Of a stretch of 42,116 bases of DNA, positions 1 to 9,912 are shown piece by piece; within the stretch, counting starts at the first letter, position 1, and each line of letters begins with the position of its first letter. The notes under the pieces are model-generated. The model did not search any database. It had not been told where the DNA came from and was given only the letters and a program-made list of their open reading frames with translations. Position numbers and translations under genes: made by a program. Source of the stretch: a bacterium (GTDB lineage: Bacteria > Hinthialibacterota > Hinthialibacteria > Hinthialibacterales > Hinthialibacteraceae); contig CAXXSM010000003.1 of the NCBI GenBank assembly GCA_963663405.2, positions 1 to 42,116 on the forward strand, in the 5' to 3' direction.

Positions 1-306
1 CGCGCCACGTTCCCCGCCGGGACTGTAACCGGTTCGCCGAAGATTCGCGCGATGGAGATCATCGAAGATCTCGAAACCACCCGGCGCGGCCCTTACGCGG
101 GCGCTGTGGGCTGGTTCGGATTGACGGGTGACTTGGATTTCTGCATCACTCTGCGCACCATCATCGTCTCAGGCACGAAAGCCTACATCCAAGCGGGCGC
201 GGGGATCGTCGCCGACTCAGACCGGCGCCTGGAACATAAAGAATGTATGAATAAAAGCCGCGCCATGCTTCGCGCGATCGAAATCGCGGAGTGTTCGAAG
301 GAATAA
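1..306 (+). CDS. trpE: Anthranilate synthase component I / aminodeoxychorismate synthase I, C-terminal part (5' truncated by window edge)
   Basis: Frame open from base 1: [21 protein letters not shown]...[10 protein letters not shown]...AGAGIVADS...E..EC.NK, the chorismate-binding C-terminal motifs. pabB cannot be excluded. Confidence 0.85.
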   Translation, partial: RATFPAGTVTGSPKIRAMEIIEDLETTRRGPYAGAVGWFGLTGDLDFCITLRTIIVSGTKAYIQAGAGIVADSDRRLEHKECMNKSRAMLRAIEIAECSKE

Positions 307-308
307 TC

Positions 309-887
309 ATGTTACTGGTCATCGACAACTACGATTCGTTTACCTATAACTTAGTACAATACTTGGGAGAGCTCGGCTCCGGAATGGAGATTTACCGGAA
401 CGACGCTATCACAATAGCCAAGATGAAGCGGAAAAAACCGGACGGAATCATCATCTCACCCGGACCGGGAACGCCGGACGATGGAGGAATCTCCCTCGAA
501 ACGATCGAAAAGTTTCATAAAAGCACCCCGATTCTCGGCGTCTGCCTGGGCCATCAATGCATCGGCCAATACTTCGGCGGCGTAGTCAAACGCGCGGATC
601 GCCTCATGCACGGCAAAACGTCCCTGATCTATCACGATGGGAAAGACCTGTTCAAAAACCTGGACAATCCTTTTGAAGCCACCCGCTATCATTCCCTTCT
701 TGTAGAAAAAGACACGCTCCCCAATGTTTTCGAAACCACCGCCCACACGGACCAAAACGAAATCATGGGCCTCAAACACAAAAAATACCCCACCTACGGA
801 GTCCAATTCCACCCCGAATCCATCCTCACAACGGAAGGAAAACACCTGTTATCAAACTTTCTGAAACTGATTGAGAAGAAGAAATAA
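309..887 (+). CDS. trpG: Glutamine amidotransferase class I (anthranilate/ADC synthase component II)
   Basis: MLLVIDNYDSFTYNL, SPGPG, GVCLGHQ, RYHSL and QFHPES motifs. ATG at 309, just after the trpE stop. Confidence 0.92.
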   Translation: MLLVIDNYDSFTYNLVQYLGELGSGMEIYRNDAITIAKMKRKKPDGIIISPGPGTPDDGGISLETIEKFHKSTPILGVCLGHQCIGQYFGGVVKRADRLMHGKTSLIYHDGKDLFKNLDNPFEATRYHSLLVEKDTLPNVFETTAHTDQNEIMGLKHKKYPTYGVQFHPESILTTEGKHLLSNFLKLIEKKK

Positions 888-924
888 AATTTAAGATAGT
901 AATATTTTGAAAATCAGAACAATT

Positions 925-1606
925 TTACGTGGATTTTATTCGAACTTTTTTTCTAAGTGACATAATCTTCAACCTTCTGTGATTTGTCTTTATCTTTTGG
1001 CGGTTTTGTTTCAAGAAAAAATTGGTTTGTTTATTCGAAGTCAAAGAAAATTGAGATTGGTATTTTGTTTTTTGATTTTCGATCCATTCTTTGCCGCCTT
1101 TCAAAATAAATGTGGGCTTATAGAGCGAAAGCAATTCATATAAACTTATGTACTTTATTTCAAAATGCTCACAAATATTTGGAATTTTCACTTTAGATCC
1201 GTATGGTTTTTTTTCTTGTTCTAAATTGTTTTTTTTCTCAAAAGTCACTACTACAGAACTATCCGCTTTTGCCTGAGCCAAAAGCATGGGATCGGCTCCT
1301 TTAGAAAATTGCATACTTCTTTCGGGCTTGTAATTAGTTTCAACGTAATCTGATATTAATCCTAACTGTTCAAGAACTTCAGAAATTGGTTCTATAAATA
1401 CATTGTGTTTATTTACCTTTTGGCACCAATTTGACAAATCGTCTTCCTGTTTACGCAGCTCTTCATAAATGGCCGATACACTATAATAAGGTTCTATCAA
1501 ATAATCTTTGCTCAAGAAACTCCCAAAATGCAGGAACTATTGCGAAAGGGTAAAATTGGTTTTTGGGTTGGATGAATACATTTGCATCTAGGCAATATCG
1601 GTCCAT
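925..1606 (-). pseudogene. DUF4411-family PIN-like protein, interrupted by one +1 frameshift (real or sequencing error)
   Basis: ATG at 1606 reads MDRYCLDANVFIQPKNQFYPFAIVPAFWEFLEQRLFDRTLL then TAG (1483-1481). The next frame continues YSVSAIYEEL...DDLSNW...ADPMLLAQA...VVTFE...KVKIPNICEHF, typical of DUF4411. Lies directly downstream of the IrrE-type gene. Confidence 0.8.
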
Positions 1607-1607
1607 A

Positions 1608-2801
1608 TTATTTTCCTATGCCTAGTTCTTCCGCGGCCCTATTTATTGAGGAAGGATTCTTTTTATCGCACAAATCTACAGCATCTCTATATAGCAGTTT
1701 TCCTTCATACGTTGCAGACACTAAATGACTTGTAAAAAGGCGGCTGTTTTGAGAGAGGAATACGTTGATCCCTCCACCACCTCCACTTCTTTCTCTGTTT
1801 TTTTTCTTTTTGTTTTCCTCTTTTGTTTTGTAATAATTTAACCATTCAATATACTTATCATCGTATTCTTGTTTATTTATAATTTCTAAATCGTATGCCC
1901 TTCTTAATACTACTAAATGACTAACCTGAAATTTCAACCTTATCTTTTTAAGATTTTCATCGAGATTTTTATTTCTATCCCATAAATCCAATAAATCGTC
2001 ATCTGGAACTAAGAATTTAGCGGCAACCGCATTACACAAAATTTCAACATCGTTTGGGTATTTTTTATCCGCTTTGACGCTTGCATTGGAGACCCCCTCC
2101 TCGTTTATCCATATATGTGCCAATTCATGAATTAACGTAAATGTTTGCGCCGCTTTATAATCATTGGAATTTATGAATATGAATGGAGCGTATTTATCAC
2201 ACAGCACAAATCCACGAAATTCATCGATGTCGAGTTTTCTCTTCGTATAATCTCTTACATATCCTCTTCTCAAAATTACTACACCCTTGTCTTCACATCT
2301 ACGAACCAATTTAGTAAAATAGCGATCAAATCCTTTTACTTCCATCCTAAACGCTTCATCAATAGCAAGAGTGTTGGCAATATCTTTTGCTATAACCTCC
2401 GGCTTATCATTTTTTGTGAATCTGCCGACAAATCCCAATTCATCATAACCAGACTCAACTAAGTATTCTCTTAGCCATTCTTGTTTTCTAATCGTACTGA
2501 ATAGAACTTCTTGAAATTCAGTACTGTAATCAGTTACTCCTATACTGCCTACTGTTCTTAAATCCGGTATAGGTAAAGTTTCTTTTGGGGGAGAGGATAA
2601 AAATAAATAACCATATGGAATTAACAAAGCTTCCGCTAAACTATGAATCTGTTTGAATGTAGGTAATTTATTGCCTCTTATCCAATCTTCAATGGTATTT
2701 GGCTTTACATTTATATGATCGGCCACGGCATCCATTGTCAGGGAATTTTTAGCGATCGCCCATTCTACAATATTTCGATTTATGTATGCTTGTGTATTCA
2801 T
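1608..2801 (-). CDS. XRE-family HTH fused to ImmA/IrrE (DUF955) zinc metallopeptidase
   Basis: N-terminal HTH (TIEDWIRGNKLPTFKQIHSLAEAL), LPIPDLR, FRGF, FTLIHELAH (HEXXH) and EILCNAVAAKFLVP. AT-rich. Confidence 0.9.
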   Translation of the reverse strand: MNTQAYINRNIVEWAIAKNSLTMDAVADHINVKPNTIEDWIRGNKLPTFKQIHSLAEALLIPYGYLFLSSPPKETLPIPDLRTVGSIGVTDYSTEFQEVLFSTIRKQEWLREYLVESGYDELGFVGRFTKNDKPEVIAKDIANTLAIDEAFRMEVKGFDRYFTKLVRRCEDKGVVILRRGYVRDYTKRKLDIDEFRGFVLCDKYAPFIFINSNDYKAAQTFTLIHELAHIWINEEGVSNASVKADKKYPNDVEILCNAVAAKFLVPDDDLLDLWDRNKNLDENLKKIRLKFQVSHLVVLRRAYDLEIINKQEYDDKYIEWLNYYKTKEENKKKKNRERSGGGGGINVFLSQNSRLFTSHLVSATYEGKLLYRDAVDLCDKKNPSSINRAAEELGIGK

Positions 2802-2997
2802 TTCTCTTCGCTTTGTGAAACACGATACATTAATCGTTTTTCCTTAATTTATAATACAATATTTCTCCAGAGAATTCCTATTTACTTATCATATATTATA
2901 TCACGAGTGTATTGATTCTCTTCTATTTTCTGACCTATTGTCATGCTATCCTTGCTCCTTTACTTCTAAATTATCGAGAAGAAGAGATGAGATAGCA

Positions 2998-4050
2998 TTA
3001 ATCCACTTCATACCCCAATTCCCCCATACACTCCTTCACCCGTGGATAAATCCGCATCGCGTTTTTGTAGTAGATCTTCTCCAATACATCCCGTGGCAGC
3101 GCGAGGCCTTGGATTTCGTCTTGACTGAAAAAGCTGCCTTGAACCACCGCATCGGTTTCGAGAATTTGGAAAGTCCGGAAGTAGCGCTGGGCGTATTGTT
3201 TTGTCTGTTCCTCATTCTGCCATTTTCCAACATCCGTGCCATAGAGGATACGATCGGCGTATTCGATCATGAATGAACGGAGGTTATCACGGTTTACAAG
3301 GTTGTAATATTGAAATGTCGCCGCCAGGTCGACATTGAAATTCGGGAATGTCGCCAATGTGTTGCGCAGGTAGTCGATCTGCCCATCCTGGCAAATCGCC
3401 CACATGCAATGCGCGCAAACCGCATGAAGGTTCGGATGTCTCTCCAGCACGTGACGCCACGCGATGATCTGTTTCCAATATTCCACCGGATCGGGAAGCC
3501 ACTCCGTCCGATTTCCCCACGGGCCGCAGGGGTCCGCGATATGGATGGACGCGGCCAGCATCCCGATCTCTTCCATTTTGGAGAAGGTAGGCTCGTGCGC
3601 GGGATTGTCGATGTATGGGTATCCTTCTTCTCCCGGTTTCATCATTCGATGTGGAGGTCCGGACCAGATTTTATACCCGATGAATCCACGATCGAGCCAT
3701 TGCTGCAACTCGTCCGGTGGATATTTCAAACCGTCGGACGTTCGATAATCCGAGATACAGCAGAGCATGCGTCCCTTGCCCGCTTTCATGATGTCATCAA
3801 ATTTCGAGACCAGATCACTTCGGCCGCCAAGGTTGATCCAGAAAGCTAAATCCGCTTTATGTGTTTGAATCAAAAGGTCCCGGAGTTCGAGATATTTCGA
3901 GATGGCGTCTACATCATCAGTGGCGTGTGTATGAACGTCGATTCGTGGGATATCGGGATATGCCGTTTCGTCCTGGGATTGCGCAGAAAGAATGGCGAAA
4001 AGCGAGAAGATAAAAATAAGGGTACAGTTGAGAAATGGTTTTTTCATCAT
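2998..4050 (-). CDS. Secreted amidohydrolase-family (Amidohydro_2) protein
   Basis: Signal peptide, IDVHTH metal motif, GFIGYKI, SIHIAD, VCAH, DRILYGTD and C-terminal LEKIYYKNA. Confidence 0.85.
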   Translation of the reverse strand: MMKKPFLNCTLIFIFSLFAILSAQSQDETAYPDIPRIDVHTHATDDVDAISKYLELRDLLIQTHKADLAFWINLGGRSDLVSKFDDIMKAGKGRMLCCISDYRTSDGLKYPPDELQQWLDRGFIGYKIWSGPPHRMMKPGEEGYPYIDNPAHEPTFSKMEEIGMLAASIHIADPCGPWGNRTEWLPDPVEYWKQIIAWRHVLERHPNLHAVCAHCMWAICQDGQIDYLRNTLATFPNFNVDLAATFQYYNLVNRDNLRSFMIEYADRILYGTDVGKWQNEEQTKQYAQRYFRTFQILETDAVVQGSFFSQDEIQGLALPRDVLEKIYYKNAMRIYPRVKECMGELGYEVD

Positions 4051-4131
4051 CGATACCTTTCGGCAGGCGAATTGGAAATCTTTTGTTTATTGTTTACGAT
4101 TTCTTTGCGTTTGTCATGTGGTAGAATGGGA

Positions 4132-5022
4132 TCACGCCAACAACCTGCGGAAAGCGGTTTCAATCTCCGCGTCTTCAAATACGAATCCAGATTGTGTCAA
4201 TTTATCCGGCGTTACATGGGCGCTGCAGAGAATCGTCTCCTTCGCCAATTCTCCGAATAGCAACCGTGCGGCGAAGGCGGGGAGTGGGAGGAATGCGGGG
4301 CGGTGGAGAACTCGTCCCAATGCTTTCGAAAATTCAGTATTCGAACATGGATTGGGTGAGACGGCGTTGACGGGGCCTTCGATGGCAGGCTGGTTCAAGA
4401 TAAATGAAATTATGCGGACCAGATCATCGATCGTGATCCAGCTGACAATCTGCTTTCCATCGCCGATAGGACCGCCCAGCCCCATCGAAAAAGCGGGAAG
4501 CATTTTTTTCAATGCGCCGCCTTCCCGCGCGAGCACAACGCCGATGCGCAAATTGACTACGCGGGTATTCACAGAGCGAAGCGGATCGCAGGCTGCTTCC
4601 CAATCCCGCACGACTTCGGCAAGGAAGCCTTCTCCCACTTTTGCGCTTTCATCAAGGCGTTCTTCTCCTCGATGCCCGTAAAATCCAATAGCGGATGCGG
4701 CGAGGAAAGTTTCCGGTGGCGCTTCTACATCCGCCAGCGCTTCGCAGAGCAGCCGGGTTCCCTCAACGCGGCTCGTTCGAATGCGATTCTTCTTCTCTTG
4801 CGTCCATCGCCCGGCGATATTCTCCCCTGCGAGATGAACGACCGCGTTGAAGCCATTCAATCGCGATGGATCAAGGCTACCCGCAGCGGGATTCCAGACA
4901 ATCGCTTCCGGCGATGGATCTTGCCGCCGTGTGAGATAACTGACATCCCACCCTTCGTTTCCCAAGAGAGGAAGGAGCCGCGACCCAATAAGGCCGCTGG
5001 CTCCTGTGACGAGAATTTTCAT
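4132..5022 (-). CDS. TIGR01777-family NAD-dependent epimerase (YfcH/SDR39U1-like)
   Basis: MKILVTGASGLIG, HLAGENI, SRVEGT, SAIGFYG, LRIGVVL, GLGGPIGDGKQ, SWITIDD, GPVNAVSP. Confidence 0.92.
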   Translation of the reverse strand: MKILVTGASGLIGSRLLPLLGNEGWDVSYLTRRQDPSPEAIVWNPAAGSLDPSRLNGFNAVVHLAGENIAGRWTQEKKNRIRTSRVEGTRLLCEALADVEAPPETFLAASAIGFYGHRGEERLDESAKVGEGFLAEVVRDWEAACDPLRSVNTRVVNLRIGVVLAREGGALKKMLPAFSMGLGGPIGDGKQIVSWITIDDLVRIISFILNQPAIEGPVNAVSPNPCSNTEFSKALGRVLHRPAFLPLPAFAARLLFGELAKETILCSAHVTPDKLTQSGFVFEDAEIETAFRRLLA

Positions 5023-5039
5023 GGTATCTACCCGGAACG

Positions 5040-6344
5040 CTAGATTTCCCACTGCGTTCGTTTTGGAATTGTAAGAAGCCGGTTGGCTTCCTCATCGTTT
5101 AAGAAACATTCTTCTTTTGGATCCCACTGCAGTGGCCGTTTAACGCGCTGGGCGATTCCACCCAACAGCAACAGACTGGCGGCGCGGTGCGCTGTTTCGA
5201 TATCGCAGATGGTTCGCCTCCGCGTTTTGACGCATTCAAGGAAATTGCCGGAATGACTTTCAGTTTTGTAAAGACGCTTCGCGCCGGGGCCGAGTTCTGT
5301 TTCTAAAATGCTGGGCGGATCGGAAATGAGATGTTCCCGGTCGACGGCGATTCGCCCTTCCGTTCCAAAGTACCAGCCGCCGCCGGTTTCCCCGATCTTC
5401 TCTTCTTTATAAGGCCGCCCATAAACCACTGTGCCATCGGCGTACCGGTAGACCGCTTTCCCGTCATCGTCTATGCCGATCACGACGGGTCCTGTGCGGT
5501 CCGCGCCCAGGCTCCACTGCACAATGTCGTAATGATGCTGCCCCCAATTGATCCCACCGAATCCGAATAAGTGCGCGTGAGGATTGCCCTGATAGGGCAG
5601 CATCGGCGCGGGACCAAGCCAAAGATCCCAATCAAAGTCTTCCGGAACAGGGACGGTATTTTCAAATGTCTCGGGCCAGATCGCGCCGCCGCCTTCACGA
5701 TAGGCGTAAATGCTTTTCATCTTTCCAAGACATCCATTCCGGATCAATTCACAGGACCGGTGGAACTTCCCATCGTATTCCGACCGCTGCTGGGTTCCCG
5801 CCTGGAAGATGCGGTTGTTTTTCTGGATCGCTTTCACTGCCGCCTGGCTTTCACGGATCGTGACCGCTGTCGGTTTTTCGCAGTAGACATCCTTGCCCGC
5901 GTTCGCCGCGTAGACGGTCATTGTGGCGTGCCAATGAATCGGCGTGGCGATCAGCGCCGCGTCGATATCGTTCCGCGCCAGCAGATCGCGGAAATCGCGA
6001 TACGCTTCACAGGCTTTGTAACTCCCTCCGTTCGCTTGTTTCGTATAAAACTGATTGACCCGGTCGCGGGAACTTTCTCTTTTTTTGCGCCAGACGTCAC
6101 ACACGGCGGGAACGATCACATCTTTTCTCGCAAGGTACCCCCCCGGCAGATAGGTCCAGGCTTCTCCAAAGAGGTGGCCGTTTCCCATAGTCCCCATTCC
6201 AATAAATCCCATCGACACCCGCTCACTCGGAGCGGTGGAACCATCTTTCCCCAATGCCGTTGAAGGGATTACCAAAGCCGCCCCCAAGGCGGCGCCGCTG
6301 TTTTGAAGGAATGTCCGCCGCGTCAATCGTTTATGATGATTCAT
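5040..6344 (-). CDS. Gfo/Idh/MocA oxidoreductase with Tat signal peptide
   Basis: TRRTFL twin-arginine signal, GFIGMGTMG, IATPIHWH, DVYCEKP, QAGTQQRS, DWDLWLGPAP. Confidence 0.9.
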   Translation of the reverse strand: MNHHKRLTRRTFLQNSGAALGAALVIPSTALGKDGSTAPSERVSMGFIGMGTMGNGHLFGEAWTYLPGGYLARKDVIVPAVCDVWRKKRESSRDRVNQFYTKQANGGSYKACEAYRDFRDLLARNDIDAALIATPIHWHATMTVYAANAGKDVYCEKPTAVTIRESQAAVKAIQKNNRIFQAGTQQRSEYDGKFHRSCELIRNGCLGKMKSIYAYREGGGAIWPETFENTVPVPEDFDWDLWLGPAPMLPYQGNPHAHLFGFGGINWGQHHYDIVQWSLGADRTGPVVIGIDDDGKAVYRYADGTVVYGRPYKEEKIGETGGGWYFGTEGRIAVDREHLISDPPSILETELGPGAKRLYKTESHSGNFLECVKTRRRTICDIETAHRAASLLLLGGIAQRVKRPLQWDPKEECFLNDEEANRLLTIPKRTQWEI

Positions 6345-6537
6345 TAGTTATTGATCCCCTTTCACCGATTCATATTGATGTTTATCGTTTCATGAAAACT
6401 CAATTTTGGATCGCTCTAGTCAATAGTTTTGATTGAGCCTATCGATCTATCCTAAACTGTCGAACAAGTTTCAACTATACTGTAACGCATTCCTCAATCG
6501 AGAGATAGATACCTACTACACGAAGGCCGATCGAAAA

Positions 6538-7962
6538 ATGAGTGATATCATATCCGGCGCCTATAGCCGCGTGAATGACGCGTTTAAATCACGTTTGCGG
6601 GAGATTTTTACGCCGCAGCGGGTATCTGATGATGAAGTGGATATCCTGACGTACGCGTACGACGCGACCCGGAAAGAATTCCCACCGGAGGTGGTGGTCT
6701 GGGCGCAGTCGGCGGTGGAGGTTTCCGCATTGATGAAACTCGCCTGTGAATGTCGCGTGCCTGTCTATCCGCGTGGAGGGGGAACTGGTTTAACCGGGGG
6801 GGCGCTCGCGGTGCAAGGTGGTGTGTTACTCTCCTTGGAACGTATGTCCAATATGGAGCCAGTCGATAGAAAGAACTGGCAGGTTACCGCCGAACCGGGA
6901 ATTCAACTGGCGGCGCTGAAATCAGCGGTTCAGAAAGAAGGCTTTTTCTTCCCCCCCGATCCGTCCAGCGCAAAATCCGCTTCGTTGGGTGGCTGTCTCG
7001 CCGAATGCGCTGGAGGTTTGAACTGCGTTAAATACGGTACGACCAAAGATTGGGTGATGAAAGTCGAAGCCGTCACGCCAACGGGGGATATTATCAATCT
7101 CGGTTCAAAAGCGCGGAAAAGCGTAACGGGATTCAACCTACTCCCCCTGCTGATTGGCTCGGAAGGAACACTGGCGGTGATTACTAAAGCCACGCTGCGC
7201 CTGATCCCCAATCCAACCGAACGCGCCACATTTATCGCGCTGTTCGACTCGGTTTCCGAATCCGCCAACGCGGTGCAGGCGATGCTCTACAGCGGCGTCA
7301 CTCCCTGCGCGCTGGAGATGATCGACCGCGTCAGTCTCGAAGCCGCCAACAAACATGTTCAAGATGGAAACATGCCTGTAGTCGAAGCGCTGCTCCTTGT
7401 AGAGACGGATGGACGCGATCGAGAGACCGTTTTTGATGATCTCCGAGTCCTGATGGAGATATGCCGGCAGGAGGGCGCAACAGAAATTCAAGAAGCTCAT
7501 TCGGATGAAGAACGGCTGAAACTCTGGGGAATCCGGAAAAGCCTAAGCCCCGCGATGTACGCTATGGCGCCCCTGAAAACAAACGAGGATATCTCTGTCC
7601 CGATCTCTGAATATCCCGCCATGCTGGAGAAAGCGTATCAGATCGCGAAGAAATATGACGTGCTTACTCTCTGTTTTGGACACGTGGGAGACGGAAACAT
7701 TCACGTCAATTTCATGTCCCACAACGAAAACGATCCCGATGTGTATGCGGCGGTGGATGAATTGTTCCGCGCGGCGGTGGCCCATGAAGGTTCCATCTCC
7801 GGCGAACATGGGATTGGAATCACGAAAGCCCCCTACCTGCATTACGAACTAGGAATCCGCGAACAAGAAATCCTGCGAGAGATCAAGAATATATTCGATC
7901 CCCATCACATTCTAAATCCAGGCAAACTCGCGCTAAACGAACCGGCGCGAAGAACAGAATAA
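6538..7962 (+). CDS. FAD-linked oxidase, glycolate oxidase GlcD / D-lactate dehydrogenase family
   Basis: PRGGGTGLTGG, FFPPDPSS, KYGTT, GSEGTLAVIT, GHVGDGNIH, GSISGEHGIG, FDPHHILNPGK. ATG at 6538 chosen as start. Confidence 0.88.
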   Translation: MSDIISGAYSRVNDAFKSRLREIFTPQRVSDDEVDILTYAYDATRKEFPPEVVVWAQSAVEVSALMKLACECRVPVYPRGGGTGLTGGALAVQGGVLLSLERMSNMEPVDRKNWQVTAEPGIQLAALKSAVQKEGFFFPPDPSSAKSASLGGCLAECAGGLNCVKYGTTKDWVMKVEAVTPTGDIINLGSKARKSVTGFNLLPLLIGSEGTLAVITKATLRLIPNPTERATFIALFDSVSESANAVQAMLYSGVTPCALEMIDRVSLEAANKHVQDGNMPVVEALLLVETDGRDRETVFDDLRVLMEICRQEGATEIQEAHSDEERLKLWGIRKSLSPAMYAMAPLKTNEDISVPISEYPAMLEKAYQIAKKYDVLTLCFGHVGDGNIHVNFMSHNENDPDVYAAVDELFRAAVAHEGSISGEHGIGITKAPYLHYELGIREQEILREIKNIFDPHHILNPGKLALNEPARRTE

Positions 7963-8339
7963 ATTATGCGTATCATACAATTTATATGTATGGTGTGTAA
8001 TTAAAAAACAGTGGGCGTCGATATTAACTTCGATTGGTGTTTGAAATCATAGATATCTTATCTTATATATGTGCTATCACATCCATTATAAGATGCATCA
8101 AGAGAAAATACTCAGACAATTGAAGAGTAGTGTTGAGATTGAAAAACCTATTTATGTAAAATGTAGAGAATTCAAGTGGTCGATGAGTGAACAAATGTGC
8201 TATAATTAGAAAAAGACCTGTTATCATCTCGTAAGAATAATTTTTTTCACTGGACATGACAGATTGAATCATGGTAAAAAGATAAATGTCGGAGTTTAAG
8301 ATCAAATTGATCTTCTTCAAGATTTGGTGGTAAGAAAAG

Positions 8340-9170
8340 ATGGAAAAAGAAATCCAACTTGCTTTTGAACTATTTGAGCATCCCAAAAAAATGTCTGCGG
8401 AGGATATTTCCGAGATTTTAATTGGTACGGCGGATGCTTTAAAATTTATTTCGCAGGAAATAACTAGATCTCAAGATGAATTAAATAATTGGAAGGTCTT
8501 ATATTTAAGTATGAATAGTCCATTTCATGCTGTTTTTTCTCCCAGTGAACAATGTCCCCTAGATACTTCTTTGGAAGCACGGAGTATTTTTTTTTCCGGC
8601 CAGGAGCTTATATCTAAGAGTCACAAGATTCCAGAAGCATTTAGCAAGGATGCGATAGAATCACTTAATAGAGTATATGCTGCCAGAAAAAGAACGGGGA
8701 AAAGCGCTCGTTTTATGTATGACGAGTATGAGCTCGTAAGCAATACAACTCTTGAAAACAATTTGAGCGTTTTACTACAATCACTCACTAGTTTTGAACA
8801 TTACGAATGGACTACCTTAACTGGTAAACTTCAAGAGTTGAGTGGGAAAACACAGTCGGGGAAAAAAAATCCTTATTTCACTCTAAAACCAAATTTATTT
8901 AGCGCTTCCGTGAAGTGTTATTTTGATGATGATGAGAATGACTTTCAAAAAATTCATGATAATTTAAAACTAAATCCTATAGATATATCCGTTTTTGGGA
9001 AGGTTAAATTCAATGTAAAAGGTCAACCGCTCCAAGTAACTGAAATAAAATCTTATAGAATAATCCCGAAAGTTGACTCCATATTGAAAAAACGAAGTGA
9101 AATTGACTTGAATCTAACTAATGGTGTCAATTCTGTAGATTATATCAAGCAAGTAAGAAACGAAATCTAA
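8340..9170 (+). CDS. Hypothetical protein, probable partner of the downstream PIN protein
   Basis: 276-aa AT-rich ORF ending 2 nt before the PIN gene. The beta-rich C-terminus is OB-fold-like by eye only. Confidence 0.7.
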   Translation: MEKEIQLAFELFEHPKKMSAEDISEILIGTADALKFISQEITRSQDELNNWKVLYLSMNSPFHAVFSPSEQCPLDTSLEARSIFFSGQELISKSHKIPEAFSKDAIESLNRVYAARKRTGKSARFMYDEYELVSNTTLENNLSVLLQSLTSFEHYEWTTLTGKLQELSGKTQSGKKNPYFTLKPNLFSASVKCYFDDDENDFQKIHDNLKLNPIDISVFGKVKFNVKGQPLQVTEIKSYRIIPKVDSILKKRSEIDLNLTNGVNSVDYIKQVRNEI

Positions 9171-9172
9171 TT

Positions 9173-9785
9173 ATGCTATTGATTAATCAAAAGAATATGC
9201 TTTGGGATTCTTGTATTTGTATTGACTTTATTAGTGCTTTTATGGGAAAAGGAATCGTAATTCCAGATAGGGATCAAGAATATTTCGAGGCGATCAAGGA
9301 AATTTGGCAAAGCTTTGAGGAGGGTAGAATAGTAATTTATGCTTCTACTCTAGCCTTTGTGGAATCAGTTAAAATAGATGGAATATCTTCACCATTGCAA
9401 GTTCTCGAAGTCAGAAAATTTTTTCAAAGAATTTATAATAATATGATAGCGATCGGTCAAGAGATCGCGGAAGGGGCAAACACAGTTAGATCATTGGCTC
9501 AAATTAGCCTGTGTCAATATGACTCAATACATTTATCCACAGCTATTAATATGAATATTCCAATATTAATAACACGTGACGATAAAAAACCGAGACCTTT
9601 TTTGAAAAGAGATAACAAGTACAAAACAAAAAATGGACAATAATATCAGAATTTTAACCCCTGAAAAATACCTTCAAATATTAGAAGATGAAAGAGTTGA
9701 ACTTGAAATGAAGAATATAAAAGAAGAAATAGAAAAGACGCTTAAAAAAGACAAAGCGAAAGGACAAAGAAGATTAATAGATTAG
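9173..9785 (+). CDS. PIN-domain (VapC-like) nuclease; frame stops at 9643 but the +1 frame continues to 9785
   Basis: LWDSCICID, STLAFVE, YDSIHLSTA and ILITRD acidic PIN motifs. Across the A6 run at 9628-9633 the +1 frame reads MDNNIRILTPEKYL...RLID*, and IxIxTP is a usual PIN terminal strand. Confidence 0.75.
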
Positions 9786-9912
9786 TGTATATTCATGAGG
9801 AGTAAATAGAGAAGCCACATTTATTGATCAATTATAATCTGGCTTGATATAAATGGAATAGTAAATTTTCGAAGTGTTTTATCAATTAACGTCCTACAAT
9901 AGGCTTGCGATC

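Noticed and set aside
2941-2998. Imperfect palindromes at islet edges (also 7961-8022) as mobile-element ends
   Set aside because: They are unrelated to each other and sit right after stop codons, so terminator-like hairpins are the simpler explanation.
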